A DNA stretch of 64,000 nt, taken from Yuukianura sp. NJ FZ-2021. Taxonomy: Eukaryota. A program made the translations under genes and the position numbers. The stretch lies in the NCBI GenBank assembly GCA_046563655.1, contig CM102289.1:5084001-5148000 (forward strand). Direction: 5' to 3'. Below the pieces are notes generated by a model that worked only from the letters and a program-made list of their open reading frames with translations, ran no database searches and was not told the DNA's origin. Below are positions 56,007 to 64,000 of this stretch, piece after piece (the first letter of the stretch is position 1; the number at the start of each line of letters is the position of its first letter).

Positions 56007-59000
56007 GTTTGTTTTCAAAAAAGAAACTTTTTTTTTCAATACTGTCAAAGTATTCCAAGTTTAGAAGCTGATCACTGTTGTTAAAAACAGTGAGAGTAGG
56101 TGAATGGCTATATTTGGACTGGAGAAAGTGAAAAGAACAACCACTCCTCCCTTTCACTTTCACTTTTATGGACAATAAAAGCCCGTTGTTGGCTCCTCTA
56201 CCTACTACTTTCCTTCTGGTGCGGGTGGGTTTTTGGCGCGCATGGATTTTATTGATTTTTGGTGGGGGCGGTGGCTAGACTGAGCTGCTGCTGCTGAGAA
56301 ACAAGCGGTTCAATGCCCTCCTTTCTCCTACTGCCCCACCAACCGCTTCTGCTCTGCTCACGCTCCAAATTCAAACTGACCCGCCAACATCCGTGTTCTC
56401 TCTGCTTTCACTTTAGCAAAAAACCAAAAATTTCGCATCTTTTCTGAGATTCCGGGCAGCGACAGCCCCGGCACTTTTTTACGCGCACCCTGCGCCGTGC
56501 GCGTCTTTGTACACAACACTCACGTTCAAACCGAGGATCTCTCTCCTTTTCTTTCGTTCAAATTGCTTATTTTTCACACAGTTTCTTCCAGGCTTTTAGT
56601 TCCGTTTTTTTGAAAAAGGAAGAAACTAAACGACCTAAGTGAAAGGCCTCCAGAGCAAAGTTAAGATTCAGGAGAAAGCGCTTGAAGGGGAAAGTTCGCT
56701 TTCTCTTGCCCCATTTATTTCAGTAATCCCCCGCCCCTAAACTACCCCGCCTCCCGCCCCACTCTGCTACAAAAGACAATAGATAGTTTTTCTGTTTTAA
56801 AAAGAAAATCAATGAGTCAATTTATGTGGAAACTAACGACCTTCCTTCCTCTACACCTGTCACAAACAATGAACTTTCTCCCATTCTCTCTACACTAAAC
56901 TAAGTAAAAGGAGGCTCATCAGTAGATGAGATGGAAAGGAAGCTTTCAAATTTTCAAACTTTCGCGCTCTATGCAAAATTCGAAAACGGTTTTGTTTTCT
57001 CCATTTTTTCCTTCAAGTTTCATCAAAGAGAAAGTTTCTGGGCTCGGGGCTTATTATTTCCAGGAGAAAATGACTAGGGAAAGTGGAACTTTTTTTGGAA
57101 AAAGAAAAAAAATGGAACCCCATGTATGTGTGTGTGCCAAATTATGATTATTTGCATATTGATTATGGGCTTGGGAAATAAGAACAAAAAACGCAGCGGG
57201 AAAACTGTTTGCTTTCAATTTAAAATCCCCGGGCACACAAGACAAAATAAGCCTGAAGCCCTGGAGTGAGCTTAGCTACCGAAACGGATTCATTTTACCG
57301 TTTACCTCCGTTTTTTTTTGCGCCAAACTCAAAATTGAGAACGGGTTTTGGCAGAATCGCTAGACGTGGGTATTGCTGAGGTTGAAGCAAAAGCTTGACC
57401 TCTGACCTTACATGTTTTGCTCGCATTGAAAGTTGAGATACATCAAGTTATGACTTTTATATTACGTAGTTTTTAGTGTAACATGATAAGAAACTGGTAG
57501 CGTAGTAGGAGTAGCGTAGCAAAAGGAAGCAGCGTTTGATTCAATCCTTTGGGGTGACACATTCAGCGATAACCTCATTTTCGTCCTTACTTCAGCGTTT
57601 CTTGCGAAAAAGTCAAGACAAGAGCAGCGGAATTGTCGCTTTTGTTATATAAACAAGAAAAGCAAGCAGAAGGCGGATTTGACTTTTGATAGGATTATTT
57701 TTTCTGAAACAACTCTCTTTCTACAGAGCGTTTGGAAGAAGTTTGTTCAGAACGGAAATTTTAAAAGTTTGCTAGCCCAGCGCCAAATGTAAACAAAGCT
57801 TTGTGAAAGTTTTAAAATCAGGATTTTTTTTTGCAATTTCCATTTGAAGACTTCTTTTGACTCGCTCTGTACAAGTGGAACGGAGTCGAAGGGGAAGCTG
57901 AGTATTGAAGTCTGAAGGATTTTGACAGCGGAAGAGGAGGAGAAATGGCTTAAGTGATAAAAATTGATTTATTCGTTGGCATGTTCCTTTCTCTTAACTT
58001 ACGAGAATCCTAAATCACAAGAAAAGATTGACTGATCCCGCCGTTTTTGACTTGATCTTTACTGAGAGAAAGCACGAGTTCAATACATTATTACACTGAC
58101 TGTGTCAGGATGTGACTGGTGGTAGTGGCTAGTTCAGGTTTATTGTTCTGTGTAGTCATCTATTTTACGGTTTCCTTTTACCGGCGGAAAAAAGTCAGAC
58201 CAGAAGTCCAAGTCACTTCTACTTTTGAAGAGGTAATTCACTTTCACTGCCGTTGGCTTTCACTTCTCCTGAGTCCACCAAACACAAAGCAACAATGATG
58301 GTGACGACGTTTATTCGGCAGGCAGAAAGCAATTGGTCCTTTTCACTTCTGTCGCCGCCTGTCACTCCACGCTCCATTTCTCCTTCCACTTTCCTCCTTT
58401 TGTCCAAAAATTTCTAAACCTAAAGGAGAAAGTCCGCGCGGAAGGTTCAAATTCAACTTTGGTGCATTGTACTTTCGCACCCAACGTTACTGGGAGAGAA
58501 AACGACTGAGGAAGTTTAGTTCACGGAAGCTAGAGCCGTTAGCAGTAACAATTACAATTACAACCATAAGCAGGAAACACGGAACTGGAGGGTTTGTCAG
58601 TCCCATACCAAATTCTGTGGGTGCTCCAGAATTTTTATGAGTTTTCAAAATTGAAAACTTGAAAAAAAAAATGAAAACATTCACAAAAGTTTTTTTTTTG
58701 TCCAACTTTTCCTTTAGCTTTTGCAATACCCGCTCGCTTACTCTTTAGCGCGATCACCCAGAATTTTTTTGGCAGAGGAATTGCTTAACCTTGAAGTTTG
58801 CAATAATATCCAGATAAGATTGTAAAATGTTTTCCCTGTTTGCACATCGCCTATGCTATCCAGTACCGAGGTTAGAATAAAGTTGAGAGTTAATTCTAGC
58901 TGAGTCATCATCGTTTCAAGCTCCAAATGCGTTTTGAGGAATCTAATTTATTTTTTTATTGTCAACTTCCAGATGACTTCCAACGAACTTCTATTGTGTT

Positions 59001-59203
59001 CCGCCAGCTTACGGAGTTAATTTACTTTTTTTTTGTTCAACTACTATTGCCTTGTGTACCTTCCCGCCACGATTTCGGAGAAAGCTCAAATCACAAGGTT
59101 GAAGAGCCCTCCAAAGTTCCGGAATTGAAAATTTGGAAGTCTTTAAATGGAATTCGGAGCGTCATGAGTTCTGGTGTTGGCGCTGAAGAAGTGAAACATC
59201 GGA

Positions 59204-62272
<3,069 letters not shown>

Positions 62273-64000
62273 AAAAACCAAAACACAAAATCCAACATAA
62301 AATTCAGAAAGTTTCAGAAAAAAAATGACTGAAGTGCTAATTTCAAATGGAGCTTTAAGGAAAGAGTTTTTACTTTTTTGACTTTGATAAAAAAAAATTA
62401 TTTTTGCAAGAAATTTTTTTGGCAACTTAAGACCAATTGTTCCATTTTGAGACAATAAACCTTGTATAATTACTTTTAGCTAGTTTACACATTTTGAAAG
62501 ATGCTTTCCAGATTTCATTGTTTGGCTCGTCAAAATTTGTCGAAACAATTGAAGGTTGAGGGGAAATATCAATCTTCAAAGTAAATGAGAGTCAAAAGCA
62601 GTTGTAAAGTTTCAAGGGCACTGCGGTACATTCCCTACCTTATGATGAACATTATGACCTTGACCTTGTCTTCGTAGTCATGACCTGTCCAAACTTACGG
62701 TTTTTTTACATTCCATATCCTCCCACCATTAACAGAACCACAATTTGACTAAATATTTGACAATATGAAAATGTAAAACTTTTAAAATTGACAAATATTG
62801 ACACAAAATTTCTTTTTTCAGAGACCAAATCTCTCGACGAAATGGCTTTTGTGCGTGAAATTGAAACTTTCGACATTTAGAGAGTTTCCGTTCCTTCCAA
62901 GGTCACATGGTTTAATAGTAATTTTATTTTACTCTGCTCTACGTTTTACAAAAATATGTTTGTAAACGTTTGTGCATTAGTTATGCATTGGTATAAAAAC
63001 GTTTAGCTGTGTCAAAGAAAAACTTTGGTTGTTTGTCAGTGTATGACTCCGATTTTTGCAGAAAAATAGCGTCTGTTCTTACAAATTTGCACATCCAACT
63101 GAATCGTTGCATTGTTAGTTATTCAGTTGCATTGTTAGCAGTGACCTTGACCCTCCAGATGGGGACGAATGTCATGGCGTCTGTTGATGGTAAGTGTATC
63201 CATGGACTCTTCCTTGGAGCAGATGATGCGAGTCTTATGAAAGGGCAAGAGCCTCAGGAATCATGCTCCAAGTTCTGCACAAAACCTCAGTGGCAGTAAA
63301 CCCCCTCAGTTCACTCCAACATCTACACCAACACACAATTCTCAATTTCATTTTCAGTTTACATACTGCTGCTAAACTCCACATGCCAAACAAAGACAGG
63401 CACTGATCAATTCCAGCGTCAAGACTTGCATCATTACCAAAACAGTTAAGTGAACATCCAGAAAATCAGCTGATTCGACTTACGACTCACCTGGATCTAA
63501 AAATAGAATTTTGAAGAAAACCAGGTAAGCTCAAGGTTAAAAATAAAATCAATATTTAAAAAAACTTTAAAGTATTTGTGTGGGTGGAGGCCATTTTGGA
63601 TCAAGTTTTTGGCATTATGGAAATCCGGAAGTTTTCAATGAGTCTGGAAGTAAAAAACTGGTTATGGCAGAGAGTACAATGACTTGTGTAGGTGGAGAAT
63701 CTGATAAATTTGATGTTAGTACATATGAATCGTTTTATGGTTATGGTTTCAAAGGTCACTCTTGAGGTCAAATTAACAAATGATTACAAATTGGAACTTG
63801 GATTGCTTAGTTTGACACATAAGGCTAGCTATCCTAATATTTTATAGATTTGGTTAGCCTAACATCGGGCTAACCAAAACCTAACGTGAAAATTTTAGTT
63901 TTAAGATTAGTAATTAACTTTGTTTCGTAATTATGTTTGCATTAGCAGCAGCAGTTGCAAGGAAAGCGTGATTGGATTTGCGTAATGTGTGGAATGACGT

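Noticed and set aside
58219..58726. Minus-strand ORFs with hydrophobic stretches
   Set aside because: No recognisable domain or convincing splice chain; could be UTR exons of the LDLa/CUB gene but unsupported
63009..63765. Possible gene at the right end (96-aa and 61-aa ORFs)
   Set aside because: Non-ATG starts, no recognisable motifs, and I could not build a consistent exon chain

Overview
Eukaryotic (invertebrate, probably arthropod; compact introns mostly ~60-130 bp) genomic window. 1-~27985 is a very homogeneous 59-bp satellite array (with a 100-N gap) carrying a 269-bp MITE near its edge. 28555-48717 is a 20.2-kb non-autonomous P-element-like DNA transposon (CAAGG termini, ~70-bp TIRs, 8-bp TSD GTAAAAAT). 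It encloses nested foldback/MITE modules and an entire ~16.8-kb 131-bp satellite array. Its interior is divided by four copies of a 9-bp core (AATTGAAGG) in alternating orientation that link four inverted-repeat arm pairs, so one strand can fold into a four-way junction with a mobile core. The element sits in the upstream region of a ciliary FAM183/CFAP144-like gene and separates it from an X-box-like motif. A gene-dense block follows: FAM183/CFAP144-like, eIF3L, an LDLa/CUB membrane protein (minus strand) and a receptor tyrosine kinase with an unrecognised Cys-rich ectodomain. All calls were made by eye; no database searches were run.
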